A DNA stretch of 64,000 nt from Desulfomonilia bacterium. Its GTDB lineage: Bacteria; Desulfobacterota; Desulfomonilia; UBA1062. The translations under genes and the position numbers were made by a program. Positions 9,410 through 20,479 of the stretch are shown one piece after another (the stretch's first letter is position 1; every line of letters begins with the position of its first letter). The notes beneath the pieces are model-generated. The model worked only from the letters and a program-made list of their open reading frames with translations, made no database searches and was not told the DNA's origin. The stretch covers positions 832,001 to 896,000 of the forward strand of contig CAXXDQ010000007.1 of assembly GCA_963664325.2 (NCBI GenBank). The letters are read 5' to 3'.

Positions 9410-12055
9410 ATGGCGCTTCTTAACCTGAAATCGCTAATCGGAAAATTGAACCCAGCCTGCCGCACTGCCCTTGAAACGGCTGCCGGGCTTTGCATGTCAA
9501 AGACCAACTATGAGATCGAGGTCGAGCATTTCATGCTCAAGCTCATCGACGCCCAGAACACCGACCTGCACAAGATATTGAGATATTTCGAGATCAACGT
9601 CGACCGTTTCTCAACCGATCTTACGCGGACTATAGAAGGCTTCAAAACAGGCAATGCCCGCACGCCGGTTTTTTCCCCGCGCATACCGGCCATGATAGAG
9701 GACGCATGGATGGTTGCATCGATTGATTATGAGGCCGACGCCGTACGCTCCGGCCACATCATTATTGCCATGCTGGGAGACGACCAGAGCGCGCGCATGC
9801 TCTATTCCACATCGGAGGCGCTCAAGAAGATATCCCTTGAAACACTGGAAAAAAGCCTGCTCGACATAGTTGCCGGCTCGGCTGAAGACGCAGGGCCTGC
9901 GGCTTCAAAGGGCGTTCAGCCATCAGGCAGGGACTCGGCAGAGGCCAGGCCCGCCGGAACAAAGGCGCTCGATATGTTCACCATCAACCTTACGGAGCAG
10001 GCCAGGGCCGGAAGGATCGACCCCGTGCTCGGCCGCGATATGGAAGTAAGGCAGATGATAGACATCCTTATCCGCCGCCGCCAGAACAACCCTATCCTTA
10101 CCGGCGAGGCGGGCGTCGGCAAAACAGCCGTCGTCGAGGGCTTTGCTCTCAAAATAGCCGAGGGCGATGTCCCGCCTGCATTAAGGGATGTGGAAATCCG
10201 CACGCTGGACCTGGGGCTGCTTCAGGCCGGGGCCGGCGTCAAGGGCGAGTTCGAGAACAGGCTCAAAGAGGTCATCAAGGAGGTCAAGGCCTCCCCGAAG
10301 CCGGTAATCCTTTTCATCGACGAGGCGCACACGCTGATCGGCGCGGGAGGCTCCGCAGGCTCGGGGGATGCCGCAAACCTGCTCAAGCCTGCGCTGGCGC
10401 GCGGCGAATTGAGGACGATAGCTGCGACGACCTGGGCGGAGTACAAGAAATATTTTGAAAAGGACGCCGCCCTCACGAGGCGCTTCCAGGTGGTGAAGAT
10501 AGAGGAGCCCGACGAGCCCAAGGCCGTTGTCATGATGCGCGGAATAGCGCCCTTCCTTGAGAAGCACCACAAGGTCATGATCACCGACGAGGCGCTGAAG
10601 GATACCGTAAGCCTGACGCACCGCTATCTCTCGGGCCGCCAGCTTCCCGACAAGGCGGTAAGCGTGCTCGATACCGCATGCGCCCGCGTGGCCATCGGCC
10701 TGACAACAAGCCCCGGGCCTGTCGAGGAGGCTTCACGCAGGATAACCCAGATGGATGGTGAACTGAAAATCCTGGAAAAAGAGTCGCTCATGGGAAAGGA
10801 CCACAGCGCCAGGGTCGAATCCCTCATTAAGGAAAAGGAAGAGGTAACGAAGAAGCTCGGGGCCCTGGACAGGAAATGGAAGACCGAGCTTGAGCTTGCA
10901 AATAAAATAATTGAGGTCATGGCCGCGATAAAGGAACTGCACGAGGCCGACCCGAAGAGCAAGGATATCGCAAAAAAGCAGAAGGAGCTCAAAGACCTTG
11001 AAAAGCAGCTGGCCAAAGTGCAGGCCGGGGATGCCCTGATACAGGTGGCGGTCGATTCCCAGACCATATCCGAGGTCATATCGGGCTGGACCGGCATCCC
11101 GGTCGGCAAGATGATGACCGATGAGATCGAGACTGTCCTGAAGATGCCGGCACTGCTCGGTGAGCGCATCATCGGTCAGGACCATGCTCTATCCGCAATC
11201 GGACAGATGATCCAGACCGCCCATGCAGGAATCGAGGACCCGTCGAAGCCGACAGCGGTGTTCATGTTCGTCGGCCCCTCCGGAGTCGGCAAGACCGAGA
11301 CCGCGCTTGCCCTGTCCGAGCTGCTTTACGGCGGCGAGGACAACGTCATCACCATAAACATGAGCGAGTATCAGGAGGCGCATACCGTATCCAGCCTCAA
11401 GGGTTCGCCCCCGGGCTATGTGGGCTACGGCGAGGGAGGCGTGCTGACCGAGGCGGTGAGGCGCAGACCGTACAGCGTTGTGCTGCTCGATGAAGTGGAA
11501 AAGGCGCACCCCGACGTCATGGAGATGTTCTACCAGGTCTTCGACAAGGGGCAGATGGAGGACGGCGAAGGCCGTTTGATAGATTTCAAGAACACGGTCA
11601 TTATCCTGACCTCGAACATCGGGACCGACCTTATAATGAAGGTGAGCCAGGACGAGGAGACCAGGCCCGAACCCCCGGCGCTGGCCGAGATGATAAGGCC
11701 CGAACTGCTCAAGCACTTCAAGCCTGCATTTCTGGGGCGCATGAAGATAGTGCCCTACTACCCGATAACCGACAGGATGATGAAGGCGATAATAAGGCTG
11801 AAGCTGAACAAGGTGGCAAAGCGTCTCAAGGAAAACCGCAAGGTGGATTTCGTGTTCGGCGACGAGATAATCGATGCGATAGCCTCCCGCTGCACCGAGG
11901 TGGACAGCGGCGCGCGCAACGCGGACCATATCCTGACCAATACCCTGCTGCCGGAGATATCCAGGGAGATCCTCGCCCGCATGGCCACCGGCGAGCAGAT
12001 AAAGCAGGTAAAGGTCCTGATAAAGGGCGAAGGATTCGGGTTCGAGATAAAATAG
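9410..12055 (+). CDS. tssH: Type VI secretion ATPase TssH/ClpV
   Basis: ClpV-type N-terminus (LKSLIGKLN...AAGLC), RRRQNNPILTGEAGVGKT, LLQAGAGVKGEFENRLK, second Walker A GPSGVGKT and GGVLTEAVRRRPYSV. Confidence 0.96.
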   Translation: MALLNLKSLIGKLNPACRTALETAAGLCMSKTNYEIEVEHFMLKLIDAQNTDLHKILRYFEINVDRFSTDLTRTIEGFKTGNARTPVFSPRIPAMIEDAWMVASIDYEADAVRSGHIIIAMLGDDQSARMLYSTSEALKKISLETLEKSLLDIVAGSAEDAGPAASKGVQPSGRDSAEARPAGTKALDMFTINLTEQARAGRIDPVLGRDMEVRQMIDILIRRRQNNPILTGEAGVGKTAVVEGFALKIAEGDVPPALRDVEIRTLDLGLLQAGAGVKGEFENRLKEVIKEVKASPKPVILFIDEAHTLIGAGGSAGSGDAANLLKPALARGELRTIAATTWAEYKKYFEKDAALTRRFQVVKIEEPDEPKAVVMMRGIAPFLEKHHKVMITDEALKDTVSLTHRYLSGRQLPDKAVSVLDTACARVAIGLTTSPGPVEEASRRITQMDGELKILEKESLMGKDHSARVESLIKEKEEVTKKLGALDRKWKTELELANKIIEVMAAIKELHEADPKSKDIAKKQKELKDLEKQLAKVQAGDALIQVAVDSQTISEVISGWTGIPVGKMMTDEIETVLKMPALLGERIIGQDHALSAIGQMIQTAHAGIEDPSKPTAVFMFVGPSGVGKTETALALSELLYGGEDNVITINMSEYQEAHTVSSLKGSPPGYVGYGEGGVLTEAVRRRPYSVVLLDEVEKAHPDVMEMFYQVFDKGQMEDGEGRLIDFKNTVIILTSNIGTDLIMKVSQDEETRPEPPALAEMIRPELLKHFKPAFLGRMKIVPYYPITDRMMKAIIRLKLNKVAKRLKENRKVDFVFGDEIIDAIASRCTEVDSGARNADHILTNTLLPEISREILARMATGEQIKQVKVLIKGEGFGFEIK

Positions 12056-12121
12056 CCGATAAGCCGCCGAACTGTTTAGAACTCCTGCTGTTTCAGGAGC
12101 ATGAGGCTGGTGGTCAACATA

Positions 12122-13318
12122 TTATTCTCCGTCCCATCCGGCCAGTCTGGCGAACATCCACCATGCGGCATAAGCCTTCAGGTTGGCGTTCAGAGGCTGG
12201 GAATGGGCTGAACCGCAGTAATACCAGTCAACACCTTCTGTGTGCGATTTCTGCCAGTCCAGCGCCCAGTTGTGATCTTTACCGGTCGGCAGCGGGGGTT
12301 CATCAGAACTTTGCGATGTTACCCCGTCATTGTCATAATCATAATTGCAGGCACCTGTCACATGTCTGTCGCCATAGTAATTCCAATCGGGATCATAGCT
12401 TTCAATATCTGCAAAATCATATAGTATCTTGGAATTGGCAATGCAGTAATCACGTATCTGTTTGTTTCTTATAAACAGGTTTCCGGAAAGTCCCGTACCG
12501 TCGGTATGCCCTGTCATATAAACAAATTTTACACCCGGAAAATCAGATTCAAGCTGCGACATGAGATTAAGATAAGTGTTTATGTCGGATTCCGTCGAGG
12601 TAGAGACCTGACCGCACCATGCCCACATTATAACATTAACACCGGTATTGTTTCTGAGGTATTCCCTTGTTGCGGCCGCCCAGGATGTCCTGTCAGGATT
12701 CCCGAGGTCATACCCGCTCGCTATCGCCTCGTCCCTCAGGTCCAGTGCGCCACCCGTACCCCCTTCATTATATGAATACAAAGAACCTTTAAACCCCGGA
12801 AGAGAGTACATGCCCGTCACTATCTGGCTCCCGTGCGACGTGTGCCCGTATGCTATGTGCAGACTGCCCTTCGCCTGGCTTATCCATTGTTCCGGAATCA
12901 ATTCTAGCTTCGCACATCTGTGGTCGATGATGAAATCTGAAGAAGCGGGGTTGGCAGCCCACATTGCAAACAGCGCCACATTGGCTTCTCCCATCAGGAA
13001 AACCCGCCCCGGCTCATAGCAATCTCCGTTTCCATCCGCCTTTGTACACCATCGCCTAAAGCTATATCCTGTTTTAACCAGATTGCCAGTATTGCCAAGC
13101 ACAGTTACACTCTGCCCCTGTTCATAGCCCGTCATATCCACAGGTGCACTGCCGCCCGTATTGCCGTTGCCGTCATAGGTCACCGAAAACCCGGCTGAAT
13201 AGGAGATTATTGATTCGCTGCCGCTGCCGCCTCCCCCGCCGCCGCAATTTATGAAAAGCGCAAGAACGGCGAGAAACGTTACCGTCGATATGATCCTCAA
13301 AACATGTACTTTGTTCAT
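12122..13318 (-). CDS. Putative lipoprotein with a Listeria-Bacteroides (InlB B) repeat and an uncharacterised hydrolase-like domain
   Basis: Hydrophobic N-terminus plus Cys and poly-Gly; VTYDGNGNTGGSAP...GYSFRRW repeat; C-terminal domain with GHTSHGSQ and SAHS. Confidence 0.7.
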   Translation of the reverse strand: MNKVHVLRIISTVTFLAVLALFINCGGGGGGSGSESIISYSAGFSVTYDGNGNTGGSAPVDMTGYEQGQSVTVLGNTGNLVKTGYSFRRWCTKADGNGDCYEPGRVFLMGEANVALFAMWAANPASSDFIIDHRCAKLELIPEQWISQAKGSLHIAYGHTSHGSQIVTGMYSLPGFKGSLYSYNEGGTGGALDLRDEAIASGYDLGNPDRTSWAAATREYLRNNTGVNVIMWAWCGQVSTSTESDINTYLNLMSQLESDFPGVKFVYMTGHTDGTGLSGNLFIRNKQIRDYCIANSKILYDFADIESYDPDWNYYGDRHVTGACNYDYDNDGVTSQSSDEPPLPTGKDHNWALDWQKSHTEGVDWYYCGSAHSQPLNANLKAYAAWWMFARLAGWDGE

Positions 13319-13633
13319 GTGCCGCTCCACTTTTATACCAACGGGTTCAAGCATCCAAAGATACTCTAAAGGATGCCCTGCTCTGTTCAATAATTGTGCA
13401 TATCCTGATAATGGTAAAACATATAATAATAAAATTTCAACATTAATGCTATAAGATGTATGATTGACATCATATGATTTACTCCTGTTACAAGCATAAA
13501 AGCTTCCTTGTTCGGCTCAACCTTTTCCGCCGAATTGACGATACGAATCTTGCATAATTGAATGACGATGCAAATGGCTGGAATGTTGAGGACAATTTTA
13601 TGCATCCCGGGAATACAATCAAATTAAGGAAAG

Positions 13634-15607
13634 GTGTTCAGATTGGGCATAGCATCAGATATTGCAATAATAATAGTGGCCGCTTTGATCGGCGGCGTGA
13701 TCGCTCAGAAGCTTAAGCAGCCGCTCATATTGGGCTACATCCTTGCCGGCATTGCCGTCGGGCCTTATACCGGCGGGGTTACGGTGTCAGACGTAGACAA
13801 TATCGAACTGCTTTCTGACATAGGTGTGGCCCTGCTGCTGTTTGCTCTGGGCCTTGAATTCTCCTTCAAGGAACTGAAGCCGGTCAGAAAGGTTGCACTT
13901 CTCGGAACGCCGCTGCAGATGATCCTTACAATCGTCTACGGATTCGGCATGGCAAAGATAATGGGCTGGGACAATGTATCGTCCCTGTGGGCGGGCGCCG
14001 TGCTTTCGCTTTCGAGCACCATGGTGATGCTTAAGACCCTTATGAACAGAGGGCTTTTCGGCACTCTTTCCAGCAGGGTCATGATAGGCATGCTGATAGT
14101 CCAGGACCTGGCGGTAATTCCTCTGATGATAATTCTGCCGCAGCTAAGCGGTGCGTCACTCGATATATCTTCGATCGGCCTTTCCATATTGAAAGCCCTG
14201 GTGTTCCTGGGGCTGATGATATTTGTCGGGACGAAGCTCATTCCGAAGCTGATGTCGTGGATAGTAAAATGGAATTCGCGTGAGCTGTTCCTGCTCTCGG
14301 TAACAGCGACAGGCCTCGGCGTGGGTTACGGAACATACCTTTTCGGACTGTCGTTCTCTTTCGGCGCGTTTGCTGCCGGCCTTGTGCTGAGCGAATCGGA
14401 ATACAGCCACCAGGCCTTGAGTGATATCATACCTCTGAGGGATATATTCGGTCTGATATTCTTCGTATCCGTAGGCATGCTGATAGACCCGAAGATTTTC
14501 ATCAACAACTACAAAGAGATCATCATTGTTATTCTGCTTGTCATCATCGGTAAAGGACTTATATTCGGCTCTGTCGTAAGCCTGTTCGGTTATGGCAATA
14601 TCATCCCGATAGCAGTGGGATTGGGATTATTCCAGATAGGAGAATTTGCATTCGTTCTCGCCGGCGTAGGGCAGGACGCAGGTTTTTTGAGCGACAGGCA
14701 TTATGACACCATGCTTGCCGTGACCGTTGCCACAATGATACTTACCCCTTTCGTCTCAGGGTTTACAGCACCGCTCTACAGGCTGAAAAAGAAATATTTC
14801 AGGCATGAGGTTCTGAGAACAGTCAATATTGAAAATGATAAACTGAAAGACCATGTCGTGATCGCCGGGGCGGGAAGGACCGGGACATATGTTTCACAGG
14901 TGCTGAAGGCGCTGGACATTACTTTCGTTATTATTGAGATAGATTCGAGGCATTACGAGAGCTTCAAGCAGTCAGGCATACAGATGGTCTTCGGTGATGC
15001 AAGCCAGTCAGTCGTGCTGAAGGCGGCAGGGATTGAAAACGCCCGGTTGCTTATTATCACCACACCTCAAATGGCTATAACCAGAATAGTGTCCGAGCAG
15101 GCCAGAAGCCTTAACGCCAATATCCATATTGTCGCAAGGGCCGAAGGCATTGACGATATGAATCTGCTCTGCAACCTCGGCGTAAACGAAATCATCCAGC
15201 CCGAACTCGAGGCCGGCCTTGAGATCACCCGCCAGGCGCTTATTTCACTCAGGATACCACCGGCCAAGATAATGAAATATACGGATGAGGTGAGAAAAGG
15301 CCTTTATTCACCCGTGTGCTATGTGAGTTCTGATCACCAGACCCTCCTTCATCTTAAGAACGCAACCAGCCACCTTGAACTCGAATGGATAGAGATTCCC
15401 GAACACAGCATATTGAACGGCAAGAGCATTTCCGATCTTGACATCAGAAACAGGGCCGGTGTTACGGTGGTCGGCATAGACCGTATGAATGAGGTGATAC
15501 CGAATCCGGGGGGCTATTTCATTTTTCTCCCCGGAGACAGAGTCGGAATCATGGGCGGACCTGAACAGATCGACAAGTTCAAGCAACTGGCCTCGGAGCA
15601 TGCATGA
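13634..15607 (+). CDS. CPA2/Kef-type cation:proton antiporter with TrkA-N and TrkA-C domains
   Basis: Multi-TM N-terminus (SLSST, VQDL motifs), GAGRTG Rossmann motif and RCK-C tail. Confidence 0.92.
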   Translation: MFRLGIASDIAIIIVAALIGGVIAQKLKQPLILGYILAGIAVGPYTGGVTVSDVDNIELLSDIGVALLLFALGLEFSFKELKPVRKVALLGTPLQMILTIVYGFGMAKIMGWDNVSSLWAGAVLSLSSTMVMLKTLMNRGLFGTLSSRVMIGMLIVQDLAVIPLMIILPQLSGASLDISSIGLSILKALVFLGLMIFVGTKLIPKLMSWIVKWNSRELFLLSVTATGLGVGYGTYLFGLSFSFGAFAAGLVLSESEYSHQALSDIIPLRDIFGLIFFVSVGMLIDPKIFINNYKEIIIVILLVIIGKGLIFGSVVSLFGYGNIIPIAVGLGLFQIGEFAFVLAGVGQDAGFLSDRHYDTMLAVTVATMILTPFVSGFTAPLYRLKKKYFRHEVLRTVNIENDKLKDHVVIAGAGRTGTYVSQVLKALDITFVIIEIDSRHYESFKQSGIQMVFGDASQSVVLKAAGIENARLLIITTPQMAITRIVSEQARSLNANIHIVARAEGIDDMNLLCNLGVNEIIQPELEAGLEITRQALISLRIPPAKIMKYTDEVRKGLYSPVCYVSSDHQTLLHLKNATSHLELEWIEIPEHSILNGKSISDLDIRNRAGVTVVGIDRMNEVIPNPGGYFIFLPGDRVGIMGGPEQIDKFKQLASEHA

Positions 15608-15692
15608 CTGTGCGGGTTCATGCAGCCAAAGCGTCCTTTGGGCAGGTTAACAGGAGCAATCCAACATGGTTTGCGAAAGGAGATATCCGGAT

Positions 15693-16739
15693 ATGAAAGA
15701 CTTCAGAAAATTCATGATAGTCCTGGTCCTGGTTTTCTCATGCAGGACGGCGGCGGCCATGGAGCCGCCCAAATTCTGGGAAATGGGAGATTTCAAGCTG
15801 GAAAGCGGCGAGGTCATCAAAGACTTCAAGCTGGCCTACCGCACCATGGGTGTCATGAACAAGAGCAAGTCGAATATCATACTCATGACCACATGGTTTT
15901 CAGGCACTTCCCAGGAGCTCGTCGACCTTGGGTATATCGGAGACGGGAAGATGCTGGATACCAGGAAGTATTATGTGATTGCCGTCGATGCGATCGGCAA
16001 CGGCGTGTCGAGTTCCCCATCAAACAGCCTGAAGCAGCCGGACGAGAAGTTCCCTCTTTTCTCAATCAGGGACATGGTGAATTCAGAGTACATGCTCTTG
16101 ACGAAGCATCTGAAGATAAGCCATATCCTTGCAGTTGCGGGCATATCGATGGGGGGCATGCAGGCCTTCCAGTGGATGGTCTCATACCCCGACTTCATGG
16201 ATAAGTCGGTCCCGATTGCCGGTACTCCCAGGCTTTCATCCTATGACATGCTTGCCTGGACAGCAGAGCTCAGGGTGATCGAGGCCGCAAAAAAATGCGG
16301 CACTGCAAACGATGAGATCATGAGAGAGATCACCCCGATACAGAACCTGTTTGTCTGGACGCCGAGTTTCCGTGCCTCGAACACAAAACCCGGGGATTTC
16401 GATACCTTCCTTGCCGATGCCGAAAAATCCCTGATCAAATACAATGCAACGGACTGGTCATGGCAGCTCAAGGCTATCATGACACAGGATATATTCAGAA
16501 ATTTCGGCGGGTCCGCAGACAAGGCAGCCCAGGCCGTGAAGGCCAGGGCTATGATAATAACTTCCGCACAGGACAACGCGGTTTATCCCGGACCGGCCAG
16601 GGCCTTTGCCGTTTTGATAAGCGCGGAGGCGCCGCAGCTTACAGGGGACTGCGGTCACTTCGAGTTCCTGTGCGCGCAGAGCCTGCTGGACAGCCTCGTA
16701 AACGGCTTCCTGGTAAAACCCGAAGAAAAGAAAAAATGA
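15693..16739 (+). CDS. Exported alpha/beta hydrolase, homoserine O-acetyltransferase (MetX)-like fold
   Basis: Signal peptide, FKLESG, TWFSG, GISMGG nucleophile elbow, late Asp and GH. Confidence 0.8.
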   Translation: MKDFRKFMIVLVLVFSCRTAAAMEPPKFWEMGDFKLESGEVIKDFKLAYRTMGVMNKSKSNIILMTTWFSGTSQELVDLGYIGDGKMLDTRKYYVIAVDAIGNGVSSSPSNSLKQPDEKFPLFSIRDMVNSEYMLLTKHLKISHILAVAGISMGGMQAFQWMVSYPDFMDKSVPIAGTPRLSSYDMLAWTAELRVIEAAKKCGTANDEIMREITPIQNLFVWTPSFRASNTKPGDFDTFLADAEKSLIKYNATDWSWQLKAIMTQDIFRNFGGSADKAAQAVKARAMIITSAQDNAVYPGPARAFAVLISAEAPQLTGDCGHFEFLCAQSLLDSLVNGFLVKPEEKKK

Positions 16740-16840
16740 ACGTGGTAATCCCAGGCAATGCGGCATGCCTTATGTTGAGCAGACCGCCTTTTCTTTTTGA
16801 GGCTGCGGAAAACTGAAACGGCAGACCTTTTAAAAAATAT

Positions 16841-17755
16841 ATGACCCCGGAGGCGGGTTTGAAAAAATACAGATTCAAGAAACTCGACGCCTTTGCATCG
16901 GGATACTCGTCAGGCAATCCGGCTGCCGCCGTTTATCCTGAAAGCTTCGATGATATCACTCGAGACGAGATGTCGCGGATTGCCAAGGAATTGAAAGGCT
17001 TCGTATCGGAAGTGGGCTATATCTGCAGGTCCGGTAAAACGGGCTTTAAACTGAGATATTTCTCGTCCGAGAAGGAAGTTGAATTCTGCGGCCACGCAAC
17101 GATTGCGATCATGTATGACATGCTGAAGGAAGATCCTGTGCTTTCAAAGCTGCCTTTAGTGACAATAGAGACAAACAAGGGTGTGCTCGATGTCGAGAAC
17201 AGGGTTTCAAGCGAAGACTGCGTTTTCATAACAGCCCCCGCGCCCGAATACACCGATAATTTTATCGCTCCTGATGAGATAGGCGAAGCTCTGGGCATCA
17301 GTCCGGATTCAATACGCCCGGATATTCCCCCAGGAATTGTAAATGCGGGAAACCAGACCCTCTGTGTGCCGATAAAATCCCTTGCTGAAGTTTTAAGAAT
17401 TTCCCCGGATTTTGAAAGGCTGAGGAAATTTTGCGAAGATGGCGGCCTCGATGTGGTGACGGTCTTTACCAATGATGTTTCAGACCCGTTGCGGGCCTAC
17501 AGGACCAGGGTCTTTGCAGCCCCGTTCGGTTATCTTGAAGATCCGGCGACAGGCTCCGGCAACGCCGCCCTCGGCTACCATCTGCTCAAATGCAATCTCT
17601 GGCGGGGTGAAGCCCTTATCCTCGAGCAGAACAACGACATGTCCAACCCGAATATAATCAGGCTCGCTTCAAAGCAGGACCCCCAAGGTCATGAAAGAGT
17701 CATCTTCGGCGGCTCTGCAATCACCAGGATCGACGGTTTCTATCAGATTCCCTGA
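16841..17755 (+). CDS. PhzF family isomerase
   Basis: DAF...GNPAA, EVEFCGHAT and EDPATGSG motifs. Confidence 0.92.
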   Translation: MTPEAGLKKYRFKKLDAFASGYSSGNPAAAVYPESFDDITRDEMSRIAKELKGFVSEVGYICRSGKTGFKLRYFSSEKEVEFCGHATIAIMYDMLKEDPVLSKLPLVTIETNKGVLDVENRVSSEDCVFITAPAPEYTDNFIAPDEIGEALGISPDSIRPDIPPGIVNAGNQTLCVPIKSLAEVLRISPDFERLRKFCEDGGLDVVTVFTNDVSDPLRAYRTRVFAAPFGYLEDPATGSGNAALGYHLLKCNLWRGEALILEQNNDMSNPNIIRLASKQDPQGHERVIFGGSAITRIDGFYQIP

Positions 17756-17844
17756 CGGACGGATCCATGTTACAATTTTTTTGTTTTTAATATTATTGAA
17801 ACGGTGTTTAAGAATTTTTAAATTCACAGGTACGGAGGAAGATC

Positions 17845-18330
17845 ATGAAAAAGATCCTGATGCTGGCATTACTGGTTTTATTTTCGGGCTGCGCTTTCTT
17901 ATCCGGCAATGTCGTGAAAAATTACGACGCGGACAGGATCGTCCATTACAGCAAGATCAGCGGGATAACCGGTGATATCGGGAATTATGCATTTTATATC
18001 GACAAGGGCGACAAAATCCCCGTTTCTCTGAACGTAGAGACAGGCCTTGCCAGTGCCTCCGACAAGATCGAGCTCACTTCCGGCACGAAACTTTATTTCA
18101 CGCTTAACATTCCGGCGGGCATTGAAAAGATGGATGAAAAAGAAAGGAACAGGGCCTTAAAGGACATAAAAATCTATATCAGCAGGGACGCGGTCAACTG
18201 GACTCCTTATACCGACCTGAAAGCCGTCAAGAAGATGCTGGGCATTGAAAAGGGTTCCGTGAGCTACGGGGCATCGATAACAAAGGAAGAAGGCCTCAAG
18301 CTGAACGTCGATGTAAAGGCAGGGAAATAA
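17845..18330 (+). CDS. Hypothetical lipoprotein
   Basis: MKKILMLALLVLFSGC lipobox; GGAGG RBS. Confidence 0.75.
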   Translation: MKKILMLALLVLFSGCAFLSGNVVKNYDADRIVHYSKISGITGDIGNYAFYIDKGDKIPVSLNVETGLASASDKIELTSGTKLYFTLNIPAGIEKMDEKERNRALKDIKIYISRDAVNWTPYTDLKAVKKMLGIEKGSVSYGASITKEEGLKLNVDVKAGK

Positions 18331-18338
18331 GGACCATC

Positions 18339-19124
18339 ATGGAATACAGCGAGTATAAAAAGATCTCGGATGATTATCACCTGAGGTTCGCCAGGTATAA
18401 CCGGATAAAAAAGGCGATCCTCATAAAGTATTTCAAGTATTACCACAGGCTTCTTGTGATCGGGCAGGAAAATATCCCTGACGGTCCAGCCATCCTGGCG
18501 CCCAACCATCCGGGGGGCATGGAGCTTGATATTTTCGCGCTTGAATACTGCGGACATAAAACGAGGGAGATAACGACCCTGGTGGTTGAAAGCTGGCATT
18601 TTCTGAATCATGCCTGGGGCCGGTGGTATGTGGGCGGCGGGATACCGCTATGGATGACGGGCGGCTTGAGGTACGACTACACTGACCCGTATCTTAAAGA
18701 GGGCGGTGAAAAATATCCCGGGATTATATGCATATACCCCGAAGGCAATGTCCCGCATTTCAGGGACAGGAACAGCGTGTTCAAGTATTTTCCGGGAGTG
18801 GTGAGGCTCGCACTTCATTACAGAGCCCCGATAATTCCTGTCGCGCTGATCAACTTTTCCGAGGCCTGTCCGGTCGTCAAAATCATTCCGAAGGAAAAAA
18901 TGCCTGACGACATAATCTGCCTGCCGTTTGCGTTTCCTCTTAAGCTCAGGATCGAATACGGCAAACCGGTCTACCTTGATGAATATTACGGCAGGCGGCT
19001 TTCAAAGGCCGAGGAGTTCTGGATTGCGAACGAGATTGTAAAGCCTGCTTATGTCGATCTGAGACAGAAGTACCACAGGATGGACGTGAAACCGGTTGAT
19101 GTCGAAATGAAAAAACCTGATTGA
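18339..19124 (+). CDS. Lysophospholipid/glycerol acyltransferase family protein
   Basis: PNH-x5-D, IYPEG and APIIPVA blocks. Confidence 0.85.
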   Translation: MEYSEYKKISDDYHLRFARYNRIKKAILIKYFKYYHRLLVIGQENIPDGPAILAPNHPGGMELDIFALEYCGHKTREITTLVVESWHFLNHAWGRWYVGGGIPLWMTGGLRYDYTDPYLKEGGEKYPGIICIYPEGNVPHFRDRNSVFKYFPGVVRLALHYRAPIIPVALINFSEACPVVKIIPKEKMPDDIICLPFAFPLKLRIEYGKPVYLDEYYGRRLSKAEEFWIANEIVKPAYVDLRQKYHRMDVKPVDVEMKKPD

Positions 19125-19150
19125 ATGACTTGCATGGGAAATGGAGGGAA

Positions 19151-20389
19151 ATGAAAATGGCTGAAGAAGTTAAAAAGAGGAGAACAGGTAAAACAATTTT
19201 AAAGATTCTGGCGGTTATCCTTGTTGTCCTGGTTATTGCCGGGGTCTATAACCACAAGCGCATTGCCAGGCTGTATTATGCCGTTACCCTGTTCGATGCC
19301 GCCAGGGTCGTGGAAAATTTCAGGAGCATCGGGGATAAGTTCGACAGCAGGACCATCCATCACGGGAAAGACGTTTTCAAATTCAAATATGACCTCAAGA
19401 AACTCCCTGAAACATACACCTATAAGGGAGAGGTGAAGAACACAAAGGCCTTCATCGACCACACCTGGACAACAGGGCTTGTTGTCGTGAAAGACGACAC
19501 CATCCTTTTCGAGGACTATTACCTGGGAAATGCGCAGGATTCAAAAACGATCGCATGGTCCGTGACAAAATCCTTCAACTCGGCCCTTTTCGGAATAGCG
19601 ATTTCAGAGGGCAAGATCAAGAGCATCGAGCAGACCGTGACCGATTACCTGCCCGAACTGAAATCGTCCGGTTATAACGGGGTGCGGATCAAGGACGTCC
19701 TTCAGATGTCCTCGGGAGTCAAATTCGACGAGGATTACGGCGACTTCAATTCCGACATAAACAGGATGGGCAGGTATTTTGCGTTGAATATTCCCCTCAG
19801 TAAATTCGTGGCTTCGCTGAAACCGGATATGAAACCCGGGACATTCAACCACTATGTGAGCATGGATACACAGGTACTGGGGATGATTATAGTAGCGGCA
19901 ACGGGCCGGAATCTTTCGGATTATATGGAGGAAAAGCTCTGGAAGCCCCTGGGAATGGAATATGACGCCATCTGGATAATTGACAGCGACGGCATGGAGG
20001 CCGCTTTCGGAGGCCTCTGCGCGGCGCTCAGGGATTATGCTCGCTTCGGCAGGCTTTACCTGCATCAGGGCAACTGGAACGGTGCACAGATTGTGCCTGC
20101 GCAGTGGGTGAAGGATTCGGTCACTCCCGACGCCCCGCACCTGATGCCGGGCAAAAGGAAGAATTCGGATTCCATCATGGGATACGGATATCAATGGTGG
20201 ATTCCGGAAAACTCGGACGGCGATTTCATGGCAATAGGCATTTACGGCCAGGCCATCTACGTATCACCCAGGGACAACATCGTGATCGCGAGATCCGCCG
20301 CATATGCAGGCTATGACAATGACGGGGAGCAGATGGAGATCGAGTCGGCCGAATTCTTCAGGGCCATTGCAAAAAATATCGGAAAATAA
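19151..20389 (+). CDS. Membrane-anchored serine hydrolase (beta-lactamase/6-aminohexanoate-dimer hydrolase family)
   Basis: SxxK motif (WSVTKS), LQMSSG, YVS, YGYQWW and an N-terminal TM helix. Confidence 0.88.
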   Translation: MKMAEEVKKRRTGKTILKILAVILVVLVIAGVYNHKRIARLYYAVTLFDAARVVENFRSIGDKFDSRTIHHGKDVFKFKYDLKKLPETYTYKGEVKNTKAFIDHTWTTGLVVVKDDTILFEDYYLGNAQDSKTIAWSVTKSFNSALFGIAISEGKIKSIEQTVTDYLPELKSSGYNGVRIKDVLQMSSGVKFDEDYGDFNSDINRMGRYFALNIPLSKFVASLKPDMKPGTFNHYVSMDTQVLGMIIVAATGRNLSDYMEEKLWKPLGMEYDAIWIIDSDGMEAAFGGLCAALRDYARFGRLYLHQGNWNGAQIVPAQWVKDSVTPDAPHLMPGKRKNSDSIMGYGYQWWIPENSDGDFMAIGIYGQAIYVSPRDNIVIARSAAYAGYDNDGEQMEIESAEFFRAIAKNIGK

Positions 20390-20436
20390 CAAAAGTGGTG
20401 AGTGAAGATTGGTGAGATAAAAAAATGCTCATGCAA

Positions 20437-20479
20437 CTGACATGATATTTCGAATATATCTTTTGAAATATCATGTCAG
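20437..20479. repeat. Perfect 15-bp inverted repeat (operator or hairpin)
   Basis: CTGACATGATATTTC-N13-GAAATATCATGTCAG. Confidence 0.8.
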
